A stretch of 63,562 nucleotides of DNA, counting the filler, from Stramenopiles sp. TOSAG23-2 (Eukaryota), in the NCBI GenBank assembly GCA_900128395.1. It is 13 parts of 13 records of this genome, joined end to end, with 100 filler letters (N's around TTAATTAATTAA, not from the genome) between each part and the next. Parts side by side here need not be neighbours in the genome. Positions count along the whole stretch, not along the records: positions 1 to 5,874 come from LT650571.1; positions 5,975 to 11,837 come from LT650572.1; positions 11,938 to 17,797 come from LT650573.1; 10 more parts are not named here. One strand, written 5' to 3'. The position numbers and the translations under genes were made by a program. The notes beneath the pieces were generated by a model. It was not told the DNA's origin. It worked only from the letters and a program-made list of their open reading frames with translations, and did not search any database. Shown in pieces: positions 1-14,900 of the stretch (its first letter is position 1; every line of letters begins with the position of its first letter).

Positions 1-322
1 GGAATGATCGCAAACGTTAGTAAAAGAAAAAGGCAAGGCCAGCCCTGGGCCAGCAAGCTTAATTAAGCTGGCTGGCCAGCTGATGGCATCGCTCTTTATT
101 CTTATATTATAGTTGCGTTTTTTTTTTTTCGATACTACGAGGTATATGCAACCTACACTAATACTACTATAAGTAATGTAATTCTGGTATTATATATATT
201 TATTACTAAAACATCACAACAACAGAGTTATAAGAAACAAATCTAACCACAGGTCAAAAGTCTTCAATGCTTTTTCAACGTGTCGATTGCACATAACCTA
301 AGTTTGTATAAGAAAGGTTAGA

Positions 323-1657
323 ATGAAACAATCGTGTCCAGTAGTCCATTTATCATTGTCAAATAATGATATAGAACGGAATCATTTAAATGGCCTTGTA
401 ACACATCCTTCGCCAGATATAGTATATTTCACATCTAGTAATAGTATTTCTAGCAGTAGTAGTTTATTGCGGAGGCATATAAGAGCTTTAGAGCAAATAA
501 AAACCATGTCTACTCAAATGGATAAATTGGTTACGGAAACAAGAGGAGCCCAAAGTAAAAGTGTAAAAGAAAAGTCTCCACGAGCTGGCTTGACTTGGCT
601 TCACGATTCGAGAAATAAACTATTATCTAAAAACCAACAAGTCATAAATGAGAGAAATAAATTAGAAATTGAAAATAAACAGTAAGTAATTTCTATTTCA
701 CTAAACTTGAAATATCTTCTAACTCATCAATCTTGAACATATTCTACCCTCCTCAGATTGAAAGAAAAATTAAAAACAAAGAAAACTGTAATAAGCGCCT
801 TAAGAGATGAAATTCAAGAGTTTTGCATGAAGCAAGATGAATATAATACGAAAATGAAAAGAATGGAGAAACATGTACAAGATATAACTGCAAAAGAAAT
901 TTCAAATCGAGAAGCAGTGTTGTTATTAAAAGATCATATGAGAAACATTGATGATATGTCAATGTTGGAAAAAGAAAAAATGGAATTAGAAATAGACCAT
1001 TTAAAACAAACAAATAGAATATTAAAGCACGAAATTGATACAATAAATCATCCAGAGCAAACAAATGAAGAAGATAACGAAATAACTAATAATGATGAAA
1101 ATATCGAATTTCAAATTAATATTGATAAATTAAACGAAGATTTAAAAAATGAAAAATGTAAAAACAAAACATTGAAAATCAAAAATTATAAAACGAATGA
1201 AAAATATAAAAATGCAGTTTGTAAACTTCGTATGTATGAAAGACGTTATGAAAAGTTATACATGAAAAATTATATCGATAACAATAACAGTGTAGTAATG
1301 CAAGAAAATGACTCTTTAAACCATGATTTATTTAGTGGTGGTGATGATAATAACAATAATAATTATAATAATACTATTTTGAGAAAGGAGCAGCCAGAAG
1401 AAGATGGTGATGCCTCATACGATACTTCAAAAAAAATACGTATGTTAAGTGACGAGAAAGTTCGATTGGCTGCTGCATTAGGGAAATCAAGGCATAAAGA
1501 GCTGTTGTTGAAAAACAAAAATAGGCGTGCAGGAGGTTTGCTAAAGCACAGTTTTGCAAGCGATAGAAGAAAAATGTACGTCGGTGCAAATTCACATCTT
1601 AATCATAGGAAGTTATACAATAAAAATATTTTAATGCACAATATCCTCAAGCATTAG
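323..1657 (+). CDS. Coiled-coil hypothetical protein, 2 exons (323-681, 757-1657), ~419 aa
   Basis: ORFs 323..685 and 758..1657 join in frame when a 75-nt intron 682-756 (GTAAGT...CCTCAG) is removed (CA|A = Gln, then the 758 frame). The sequence is K/E/L heptad-rich and no family was recognised. Confidence 0.75.
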
Positions 1658-1709
1658 TTTGGCATCTCATCTAATTCATCATCACAATGTTTCATTGCAA
1701 CATATAAAA

Positions 1710-3110
1710 TTAGAAACTACTAACGTCGAAACCTGGCATACGATATTTTTGCGCAAAAGCATTGACATCAGTTCTTAATTCCGCAATCAAAGGACTTGCT
1801 TCCAAAACTGGTAACCAATCTTTTAACTTCTTACTTCCAGCATCTGCTTGTGTTTTTACAGCAATTTGTACAGCTCTATGTAAAAACTCAGCAACTTGCT
1901 CGAAATCTTGTTCTTTAAATCCACGAGAAGTTAATGCAGGTGTGCCTACACGGACCCCACCTGGTGACAATGCACTACGATCGCCATAGATTGCATTTTT
2001 ATTTAATGATATACATGCTTTCTCGCATGTAATTTCCATTTTACTGCCAGTAATACCAGCTGGCCTTAAATCCCACAATTGCAAATGATTATCGGAACCA
2101 CCTGTAGCCATTGAATATCCTTTAGCTTTTAATGCCTCACCTAATGCTTGGCAATTTTTAATAACTTGCTTCGAATACTGTTTGAATGCGTCTGTTTGTG
2201 CTTCCTTTAATTGTACAGCAAGTGCACCAATTTGATGTTCATGCGGGCCGCCTTGTAAACCAGGAAAAACAGCCATATCAATTTTTTGCCCGAAGTTACG
2301 TTCGTCTTTTCTGTAAAATATCATACCCGCTCGCGGACCTCGTAGGGATTTATGGGTTGTTGTTGTAACAATATCACAAAATTCAAATGGACTTCTAGCT
2401 GCTCCAGTTGCAACTAAACCACTGATATGAGCCATATCCATCATTAACAAAGACCCATTTTCATTTGCAACGCTACGAAATTGCTCATATTCCCATTCTC
2501 TTGGATATGCAGAAGCACCCATAATAATCATAGCAGGTTTAAATAAAGCAGCGCTTTGTTTTAAAGCAGGGAAATCAATCAATCCTGTTTCCCCGCTGAC
2601 TTGGTATGGTAAACTTTCAAAGAAAATGGACGTTGCACTAATCTTCTTGCGAGTTTTTGCTTTTTTCAAGTACGTGTAATAACCGTGTGTTAAATGTCCT
2701 CCAGATGGCAAATCTAAGCCCATAATACGATCGTGGGGGTTTAGAAGTGCGGTGTATACAGCAAAGTTAGCAGGGGAACCACTGTAAGGTTGTACATTTA
2801 CACCCCACTTTTCTGGGTCAAGTCCATATAATTTCAACGCACGTTGTTGACATAATATTTCAACTTGATCAACAATTTCACAGCCACCATAATAACGATG
2901 ACCTGGAGTACCTTCAGCATATTTATTCGTCAATGCACTTCCTAGCGCTTCCATAACTGCTTTGCTAGTGAAATTTTCAGAAGCAATCAATTCTAGTGAC
3001 TCCCATTGTCTTCTTTTTTCTTTTTCAATTAAGTCATAAATTTCAACATCGTGGTCTTTTAATGATTCTAAACCAGTTAATTCTTTAGTAGTGTTTACAA
3101 CAGCTGTCAT
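1710..3110 (-). CDS. SHMT: Serine hydroxymethyltransferase (eukaryotic, probably cytosolic), intronless, 466 aa
   Basis: Motifs [49 protein letters not shown] and the PLP-lysine motif [12 protein letters not shown]. No N-terminal targeting extension is evident. Confidence 0.98.
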   Translation of the reverse strand: MTAVVNTTKELTGLESLKDHDVEIYDLIEKEKRRQWESLELIASENFTSKAVMEALGSALTNKYAEGTPGHRYYGGCEIVDQVEILCQQRALKLYGLDPEKWGVNVQPYSGSPANFAVYTALLNPHDRIMGLDLPSGGHLTHGYYTYLKKAKTRKKISATSIFFESLPYQVSGETGLIDFPALKQSAALFKPAMIIMGASAYPREWEYEQFRSVANENGSLLMMDMAHISGLVATGAARSPFEFCDIVTTTTHKSLRGPRAGMIFYRKDERNFGQKIDMAVFPGLQGGPHEHQIGALAVQLKEAQTDAFKQYSKQVIKNCQALGEALKAKGYSMATGGSDNHLQLWDLRPAGITGSKMEITCEKACISLNKNAIYGDRSALSPGGVRVGTPALTSRGFKEQDFEQVAEFLHRAVQIAVKTQADAGSKKLKDWLPVLEASPLIAELRTDVNAFAQKYRMPGFDVSSF

Positions 3111-3191
3111 ATTGTTAATATGGATTATGTTAATTGTTTGATTTTTTTTTTAGCTATCTTTTCTATATGATTTTCTATGGAATGATATTTT

Positions 3192-3975
3192 ATATGTTGT
3201 TTGATACGCTATGACACATATACCTCTTTTGCACATACATCAGTAGATGATAATTAAAGAATTGATGCATCACATACACCCATTATTGAAATTATGGATT
3301 ATTACTATGTACAGTAGTTGTTTGCTAGATCTAGCTATACAGTAGTCCTGGTAGTCTACGAGGAACATACACACGCTGAATTTAAATATTGAAGGCCGGC
3401 CAGAAAAGGCGTGTGCCCTTTTGCTGGTTTGCTGCCACCAGCTGGGCCAGCCCGGCCAGCTTTTATGGGCCACAAAACAGCCAGACGACAGCCAGCAGCA
3501 CACAACACATCATCGAATCCTGGCAATCCTGTTTGATTTGAACATGGAAAAACACAAGATTCATGCTAAGGCATGCAATAAAAACTTTTGTTAGGCCTAC
3601 TGTCATACTAATTTACCATCGACACAAATATGTTGTTTGATACGCTATGACACATATACCTCTTTTGCACATACATCAGTAGATGATAATTAAAGAATTG
3701 ATGCATCACATACACCCATATTGGATTATTATTATTACTATTACTTCTTAATGAATATGTCGTTTTTTGCTGAATTTTTTAAATATTGAAGGCCGGGAAG
3801 CCAGGAAGCCAGAAAAAAAAAAGGCGTGTGCCCTGCTTTTAGGGCCACAAACAAGCCCAGACAGCACCACACAACACATTAGCAATCCGGTTTGATTTGA
3901 ACATGGAAAAACACAAGATTCATGCAATAAAAACTTTTGTTAGGCCTACTGTCATACTAATTTACCATCGACACA
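3192..3975. repeat. Imperfect tandem duplication of the SHMT upstream region (3192-3626 and 3628-3975)
   Basis: Both copies start ATATGTTGTTTGATACGCTATGACAC and end TAATTTACCATCGACACA. The ends are near-identical and the middles are diverged with indels. Confidence 0.9.
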
Positions 3976-4123
3976 GCACTAGCACAAATTCCCTTCGCAG
4001 AAAGAGTATCAATTCTAGTTTTATTGATAAAAAATCCCTCTAATAAAGTTTTAAGTGAAATATCAAAAAAATACGTCTTAGACTACAAAATTTATACTAC
4101 AATTCTATAACACCTCAAACACA

Positions 4124-4340
4124 AATATTTTTGCCAATTTTATTTTCATTTTTAAAAGTTCCGCCAAAATGGGTACGAAAATTGAGAAATTTAATGAGAT
4201 ATATAAAATTTGCATTATGTCTTCAAACATCGAATATTTTTGCCAATTTTATTTTCATTTTTAAAAGTTCCGCCAAAATGGGTACGAAAATTGAGAAATT
4301 TCATCAGATATATCAAATTTGCATTATGTCTCCAAACATC
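4124..4340. repeat. Two-copy ~109-bp tandem repeat
   Basis: AATATTTTTGCCAATTTTATTTTCATTTTTAAAAGTTCCGCCAAAATGGGTACG... occurs at 4124 and 4233 with a few substitutions. Confidence 0.9.
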
Positions 4341-5874
4341 ATTTCCAACATTTTGAAGTCATATAAACTACCACATCCTTTCTTTATATATATAACTTGT
4401 ATCTCTAAACTCCAACCAAAATAAATATTACATTTACATGAAACGCTAGACCCAAAGTGAATTTTCATTCAAAAATGCATATTTTTTGACACTTTTATTA
4501 AGGTTTTACAGGCCTATTCCATAGTAAGGGTACTTTGACATGCAATTGAAACGTCGTTAGAAAAGTATGTTCCTGACACTCAGTTGTCATCAACTTACTC
4601 TTAGGTTTGGCTCTATATATGTAGAAATGAGAATCGAATCTACTTTTGTATCAATATTTTCATTGACTTGAGATATATTGTTTCGATTATACCCCATTTT
4701 GCAATGTATTTTCACATGCCTGAAAAAGGCCTAGAAATCCAGATTGATTTTCATTCACAACAATTTTAATGGGAGCTAGAAATCTTTGTTTGGAACACGA
4801 AACATAAAAAATTTTGATAAAATGTCGTAGTTTGTATATCTTAGGTGATATATTTAACTTTTCTCTGGGCGTTTACATGTATAACTATGTTTTTAAAGAA
4901 AAGTGCTGAAAAAAATATTTAAATCGCACGTTAGCATGGAGTTAGTATTAGAGCACTTTTCCTACAAATGGTGAAAATCACGAAAGGTCAAAAACTTTCA
5001 TTGATGTTATTCAAATTAGACCTTGAAACGTTGCATATCCGTCATTTATTACATACACACTGTCTGTAGGTCGTGGTGTGGGGAGTTTAACAGTAGAACC
5101 ATGCTTACTAAAAATATCGTGCATTTTGATCATTTACGTTAGGGTTAGAGATGCTAGCACTACTCAGCATTGTGGGGTCATACCCGTACATGACGGGACC
5201 TCTCACTCTACTTTTCAGCACCAACATACACTCACACGAATGCCATTTACACACTTTCCCATTATATATAAAGCTGGAACCCATACCTAAAAGTCATGTA
5301 CTGATCACCTGAACGTTCTCCGACCGTTCTCCTGTCCATACATAACATATAAGTCGAGCTTCACACCGATATGTGATTTTCAAGATCGGGTTAGTTTAGG
5401 GTTAGAGACCAAAAAATTGACCAAAATATTGAAATTTTTTCAGAAATATCACCAAAATACAATGTGTCGATTTTTTCTATCTAAATCTTCTACAAATTAA
5501 TTCAAAATAAGATACATCTCTCAACACATGTCTAAAGGAAAGAAGTACATGAATATTTTGATCTAATTATGTTTTAAATGAAACTGACAAAGTAACGAAA
5601 TTTTTTCAAAATGGTGATTTTTTTTGAAATTAGTATGGACATAGGCTGGACTAAAAATGGAAAATTTGAAAATTATAAAAGGTAGTTTTTTGGATATACA
5701 GATACATAACTTTATCAAAGTAAGTATCCACAATCAATTTCTATATGCTTGGTAATAATCTTACCAAGTATATCAATGTTGATGTATCTACTTCATATTT
5801 AAATAACCGTTAAAAGTTAAAAAAAACGCGTAACCCTATAGCTGTAACACTACTTGATAGGTGGATTTCACTTG

Positions 5875-5974
5875 NNNNNNNNNNNNNNNNNNNNNNNNNN
5901 NNNNNNNNNNNNNNNNNNTTAATTAATTAANNNNNNNNNNNNNNNNNNNNNNNNNNNNNNNNNNNNNNNNNNNN
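5875..5974. other. Artificial contig linker (44N-TTAATTAATTAA-44N); also at 11838, 17798, 23758, 29712, 35655, 41596, 47536, 53474, 59406, 60792 and 62178 (each 100 nt)
   Basis: Twelve identical 100-nt spacers, each carrying a palindrome with stop codons in all six frames. Flanking contigs are ordered by decreasing length. Confidence 0.99.
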
Positions 5975-6034
5975 CTCATCATCATCATCATCATCATTAT
6001 TATAATTATCACCAATAATTAATATTATTATTAT

Positions 6035-6916
6035 ATGTCTATCGAACCAGCAGCATTTTTAGCTGGTTTATGTAGTGGTGTGGTAGGTGTCATTGTTGGG
6101 CAACCATTTGATACAAATAAAGTACATCGGCAAGTTGGTTTAACCGTTAAATCAACTGGGTTATTGCAATATATTAAAATTCATTATAAAGGAATTGTTC
6201 CACCATTATTAACTGCTGGATTTATACGTGCTTTAAATTTTGGCATCTGGCAAAATAGTTTATATTTTTTAAGCAATAATAATCATGTAAATAATAATAA
6301 CAATGTAAAACAACAACGAATAAACAATGTAAATAATAATAATAATACTAATTCAATGACAAAAAATTATACCGTTCCACATGTATTCATGTCTGGTATC
6401 ATTGCATCATGTTTTACTGCACCAATTACACAAGTAGTAAATATATTAAAAGTCCAAGAACAAGTGAATTTATCAAACAAAACATTTTCATATAAAGAAT
6501 TTATAATACATAATAATATATTTCGACCAGGATTTTTATCACATGTAATATTAGAAACATTTGGTAGTGGTGTGTATTATTCAACATATTATTTAACTAA
6601 AAAACATGGATCTACATTATTAAATGTGGATGATACAAATTTTTTCTTACGTTTAATTGCTGGTAGTAGCGCTGGTTGTATGGGATGGACGGCAATTTAT
6701 CCATTAGATACAATACGTAGTCGTTTATTAAGTTTACCAAGGCCATTAGATGATCCAACAATCAATGCACGTAAATTAGCAATACAAATATATAAAATTG
6801 AAGGTTTACAAGGTTTTTATAAAGGTATTTTACCATGTTTATTACGTGCAGCACCTGTTGCTGCATGTGTTTTACCAACATATGATTTTGTATTGGATTA
6901 TTTCCATGAGAAGTAA
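6035..6916 (+). CDS. Mitochondrial carrier (SLC25) family protein, carnitine/ornithine-carrier-like, 293 aa
   Basis: Px[DE]xx[KR] signatures QPFDTNK and YPLDTIR, YKGIVPPL / GFYKGILPCLLRA motifs and a three-repeat layout. The signature in repeat 2 is degenerate. Confidence 0.9.
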   Translation: MSIEPAAFLAGLCSGVVGVIVGQPFDTNKVHRQVGLTVKSTGLLQYIKIHYKGIVPPLLTAGFIRALNFGIWQNSLYFLSNNNHVNNNNNVKQQRINNVNNNNNTNSMTKNYTVPHVFMSGIIASCFTAPITQVVNILKVQEQVNLSNKTFSYKEFIIHNNIFRPGFLSHVILETFGSGVYYSTYYLTKKHGSTLLNVDDTNFFLRLIAGSSAGCMGWTAIYPLDTIRSRLLSLPRPLDDPTINARKLAIQIYKIEGLQGFYKGILPCLLRAAPVAACVLPTYDFVLDYFHEK

Positions 6917-7557
6917 ATATGATATCGTCGTATAGTGCCAGCAGCAGCAGGGGATGCAAGATGCAAGGTATATGATATCATTAAAAAATATTGGATTTAA
7001 ATATATTACATGTGTGTGTCTGTGTTTCTCATTTCTCTGTTCTCTGAACCTGATTCTATGTGATTCTAAATGATGATACGATATTATATGACGATTTATC
7101 TATAAATATACGACGTTCGTACGAGGAGATACGGTGCTCCCGTTATAGCGTTACACAGTGTGCGTAAAATGATTTAATTTTTTATTTTTTTTTTAAATAT
7201 AATCGGGTATTTTTTCCTTTTTTGGTTTATTTTAAACTACGAACTATCATATCATATTATATATATCATACTCTTTTAACTCTTGTCATAACTCTTACGA
7301 ATTCGTATCATAACTCTCTCTGTTGCATTAACATTATAAAAATATACGAAGCGTTCGTACTTTGCATATACACTGGATTTGTCTCCCAAGAGATATCATA
7401 CAGTGCTCCGTGCTCCACATTTTCACACCCCACACCTTCACATCTAGTGCATTAAAATCATCTCTCTCTAGATCATATATATAACTCTATAGAATAACTA
7501 ATATTTGAAAATCATTGATACGTTTTGATATACGCCGCAAAAATCTTTTTCTTCCTT

Positions 7558-9663
<2,106 letters not shown>

Positions 9664-10339
9664 TCAGATGTCTTGTTATTATTATTAGTAGTAGTAGTTA
9701 AAATGTTCTATTTATTCCCTTTATTATTTATAAAATTAATATCTATATATATATATAATTGGGATAAATGTACACTCGTATATATTTATATACTTCGTAT
9801 ATGTTTTATATTTTAATATATAATATATATCCAGTGTAGGGTGTTAGGAAGAAATATATATATAAAGTTGCTATGATTTGTTTTGGTATGATTATATATA
9901 TATTATATATTTTATGTGTATTTTATGTTTCTATGTTTTATATATTATATTGTTTCTATTTCTAATATATATAGCCTTGTATTTCATTCAAAACAATAAT
10001 AATCTTCTCTTATAACCGGCGGCTACTACTAAATAAAACATTAATATTAACATATATATCAATGTGCAATGTTATGTGCTTTCAACGCAGGTAACAACAA
10101 CAATAATAATATCCAACCACCATGTAAATGTTTCATTATAACATCTTTCACCACATTTTTTGATCTGTTAATAGAACATCATACTCCCGCGATCATCATC
10201 ATCATCTCCTTCTTCTTCCTTTTTTTTATAGGTTGTACATCCACTTATGTATATATTCATTTTCAATTTTCGACCATCAGGTTTATTTTACTATATATAT
10301 AATAGTCGTCTCGTCTATAATTATAGGAATAATACACGT

Positions 10340-11837
10340 TCAACACGTAACAACATGTCCATTCCCACGTAAATTTGCTATGATATCTTTTAAGATTTTG
10401 TTTTCTTGTTGTAATGCATTAATCGTCGTTTGATATGTTAAAATTTCTTCTTTGTTTCCAGTTCTTTCTTCTTCTTCGTGTCGTACATCCATTCGTTTTT
10501 GCTTCTTCTTATTATTATTATTATTGAAAGTACTTGCATTATTACTTGTTGTTGCATCCTCCTCCAACATAGATAATAATAATGAATTGATTTTCATATT
10601 CTTTTTAGAAACATCAGTTTGAATGTATTTCAAAATACGTGTATGATTGGAAAGTGATAACTTCAATTTATCCATATTATTCGAGGAACTTTTATCATTT
10701 TCATTATTAGAATTATCATTTCGAATAACATTTCCATCATCATCATGTTTTCGTTTTTTATTATTATTCATTGAATCAGTCGTCCTACTGCTGGTGGCAG
10801 TAACGGTATGATGATTCTTATTTAAAATAAATCGAATAGATAAAAACATTTGTTGAAGTAATTCCATATTTTCTTCATGTTTCATACAACAATCACAGAA
10901 TGGTATGATAAAAATATCAACGTATTCATTTAATATACGTAGTTTTGACATTTCTAATATACAATATTTCCATACCTCTAATATTTGTTTACGTACAATG
11001 AAATGTTCTTTTTCCTTTATATATCGTCGAATTAATGGTTTAGCTACTAATTGTAACATTTTCTTTTTCGTAGCATTATTCAATGATGATTGTTGATTAC
11101 GACTGATCCTAATAATAGTATTAAATAATCTCTTCCAATTTTGAAACATTGCTATACGTACACCATCGGATGGATGTATAAATGCATCTTTTGATATTGT
11201 TAACAGTTCGTTTAAAATCATTCTTGAATTGTTTATATTTGGTGCAATCAATTGTATAATTTCACCCCATAATTCAATAATATATATTTTCTTATTGATA
11301 TTATTATTATTATTATTGGTATTAGTCGTTGATGTTGCAGTTGTCATCAACAATGAATCATGATAGAATTGTAACATTTGTTCCATTAATTTCTTTTCTT
11401 TTAACTCTTTGCATATTATATCAGCTATTGTTTGTTGTATCGAGTGATTTACACTATTATTACTTGATGTGTCTGTCGTTGTTGCCGATGCTTCCAATAA
11501 TACTACATTTACTTTTCCTAAAAATTCAATCATTTTCCAATGTATATTCTCATTTGGATGTAGTTGTTGCTCTTGTTATAATTATTATTATTATTATTAT
11601 TTATCATCACCTCCTTGTCGTTTTTTATTAATGATTTAGATTGTGTTGAAGAAATCATGACTACTTCATTTTGTATAATTGATATTGGTAATGATGCTTT
11701 TAATATCGTTTCTATAATATCATTTACATTTTTTAAATATAATTTCATACCATTTGGATGTTTCATAATACCCATTTTCAATACCATGCAACCATAACAT
11801 GTTAATATATGGTTATTGTTGTTGTTGTTTTCAATAT
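10340..11837 (-). CDS. Rif1 N-terminal (HEAT-like) domain protein; 5'-truncated at the contig end, with an apparent frameshift or small intron near 11560-11610
   Basis: The segment ELWGEIIQLI...LNELL...VRIAMFQNWKRLF...KKMLQLVAKPL...LEVWKYC resembles the conserved Rif1_N block (recognised by eye). ORFs 11530..11787 and 10340..11533 overlap in different frames next to an AAT microsatellite. Confidence 0.55.
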
Positions 11838-11937
11838 NNNNNNNNNNNNNNNNNNNNNNNNNNNNNNNNNNNNNNNNNNNNTTAATTAATTAANNNNNNN
11901 NNNNNNNNNNNNNNNNNNNNNNNNNNNNNNNNNNNNN

Positions 11938-14900
11938 TTAAAAACAATACAATATTTACATCTAATATGGCTGGTGCCAATGGTGGGTGTATTAGTTCTG
12001 CTAATGAAGTAACGATAATAATTAATAATGCCAGTGCCGTTGCAAATGTTGCTAATGGCTGTGGTGGTGTAATGAGGTTAGGATTTAGTAATACTTTAAG
12101 TATTGTGGGATCAAAACTGAATAATAATTGGGCCGCAATTTCTGGTGGGGTTCTCTATACAGAGAATGCAACAATGGAAAATGTGAACATGGATATGCTG
12201 TATGGTCGCAAGAACTCTTTGATACAATTAGATAGATCTGTATTTGAGAAAAATACGGCTGAGAATTCGGGTGGGGTTTTATTACTTGCATCAAATGTAG
12301 ATTTGATTTCGAACCATTCATTCTTCAACAGAAATCGGGCATACCAAGGTAATGGAGGCGCATTTTTCTCGTGGAAGAACAACTCGCATCATATTTCTAA
12401 GAGCGTTTTTGTTAAAAATACAGCCACGAATGGATCTGGGGGCGCCCTGTTTTGTGTTAAGAATTGCAGCTATTCAATTGGTCAATCTTCTTATCAAGAT
12501 AATGCTGCAAAGTTTGGGGGCAGCATATACGCAAGTTTTACACAATTGAATATTTTTGCTGGAGCTCGATTTAATAAAAGTAGTGCTGTGGAAAATGGGG
12601 GATCAATTATGTGTAGCCATTGCCATGCAGAAATTGAAAAATTTCATTTTTATAATAATACTGCAAACGTAGGAGGGAGCTTATGGTTTAAAAGTTCTTT
12701 TATAAAGTTATACTTCGGGACCTTTGCTTATAATATAGCATTCGATAAAGGAGCAGCAATATATATGGAAGACTGCCATTATGGAACTAGAATTAGTAGA
12801 TGTCATTTTTTGTATAACGTGGCAGAAAGTGGCACTGATATATATTCTATGTCTAATAGCAATAAATCTAAATTTGAAGTTGTCAATAATGGTTATTTCA
12901 ACCAAAATGATGATGATATTACGCTTATCAACACAGTGTATCATCCAATTTCTTCTCTGCACACTTGTAAATCAAATCCAAATATATGCGAAGTTGCATA
13001 TGAGACCAGCGATTACAGAATTTGTAAAAACCGTAACTCATTGCACGGTGTATATTGTTACACTCCATGCCAACCTGGAAAATACGTTGCCGTTGAACTG
13101 TCGGGTACGGTCGCACAAGTGTGTGCTGACTGCCCTTTGGGGAAATATTCCAATAAGACAGACCAAGCAGAATGTATCTCATGTGATCCTGGAAAATACG
13201 CCCCGGGTACTAATTACACAGCTTGCCTTAAAAAGACAGATTGCGGTTTAAATGAGTATGTTTATGGGTTAGAAAACACATATGAAGATAGAAATTGCAC
13301 GAAATGCTCATCTAATTTGTATAGTCAAATCATGAATAGTGTATTTTGTGAGCCATGTGACGCTTTTGATATGAAGTTTATTAATTTGAAAGATAATTGC
13401 GACTTCAACAAATCTGTAACTATTTCCACAACATTTAGCATATCGTCTCCACCAAACAATTCGCCATATGAAATTACAAAGATTTCTCCGAGTAATATGT
13501 ATATTGTAAATACGCAAAGCCGGTTGCTTATAACGAATGTACTGATTACCCGCCATTTTATTTCCAACGAGTCTTCGGCCATACATTTAACTGGATTCAA
13601 TGCCACTGTGATAATAACACATTCTACCTTTAAGTATATAGATAAAGAAGGTATCAGTCATATCAATATGGGAATGGTTATTTTTGGAAGTTCCTGGAGT
13701 TTTGTTGACATATTTAAAACTAGGTTTCAAATGCAAACTTTGGCATATGGGGCACCAATACATATAGCTTTTAATTCGTCCTTATTTTTTGTAAATTCTG
13801 AAATAGAGATGCAAAATTATGGAAACGTACCTGGTAGTATACGCCCGAAAACTTGCGAAACACAATTGCTGTGCGATAAGTACGGTTATGAAAGTGGGTT
13901 TTGCTATGATAAAATTGGCTTTGGTGGAGTTACATGCCAGCCGAGATGTCAATTTACTGAGAATGGTACCCAGTTTGTAGGTGAATCATGCGAAGTTGGC
14001 AATCAATTAATAATAAAGGCAGCGTTGGATCTTTCAGGTGCAATAAATCATTTACCATTTTTAACAAGTGTGTCAGGAAGAAATATTTTAGCTCCATTTA
14101 ATATCGTTTCACGTGGCAATTTAACCCTTTCACATTTGCATATTACCAATGGGTTGTCATCTACTGGGGGAGCAATAGTTGCAAAAGGGTTAAATGCCGT
14201 TGTGGTTGTAAAATCATGTATGTTTTCAAATAATTATGCTGGCATAGGAGGTGGTGGCGTATATGTATCCGCTGGTGCTTATTTAGATGTTATAGATAGC
14301 CATTTTTCCCTTAATAATGCTAAATATTTAGGTGGCGCTATATTTGTGTCAAATAACGGTAAGGTTCGCATAAAAAATACAATTTTTCAAGCCAATCGCG
14401 GATATGGTGGTGGTGCACTTTTTATTGGTAATCAATGTCATATAGAAGTAGTCTCTTCTTTATTCGCATATAATGAAGCACAATATCATGGGGGTGCAAT
14501 ATTTGGCATTGGCAGCGCGATAAAAGTCTATAATTCTTCTTTTGAACAAAATAAAGCTAATCAATACTTTGGGGGTGGGGTTTACCTTGCCAAAGGAGCA
14601 ACAGCAATTATTAATCGTAGCACACTTGATCAAAATCACGCCAAACACAGTGGGGGTGGGATCTATGCTAAAAATTCCCGAGTAAATTTATATGCTAGTA
14701 CCATTGCAACAAACATTGCAAATATGTATGATGGAGGAGGGATTTTTGCCATGTCAAATAGTGATATTTCAGTCAGGAAAATATCATTGCTTCAAAATAT
14801 TGCAAGATATGCTGGAGGGGGGGTATTTTTTAAAACCAGTGTTGCAGTAATAAATGATACTACTATTCGAGGAAATAATGCCATTATTTATGATGGTGGG

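Noticed and set aside
4131-4424. 97-aa ORF in the non-coding block
   Set aside because: It has a TTG start, arises from the 109-bp tandem repeat read in shifting frames, and has no protein-like features.
5919-5930. Regularly spaced TTAATTAATTAA palindrome (CRISPR-like or regulatory repeat?)
   Set aside because: It is always centred in 44+44 N and is a synthetic six-frame-stop contig linker.
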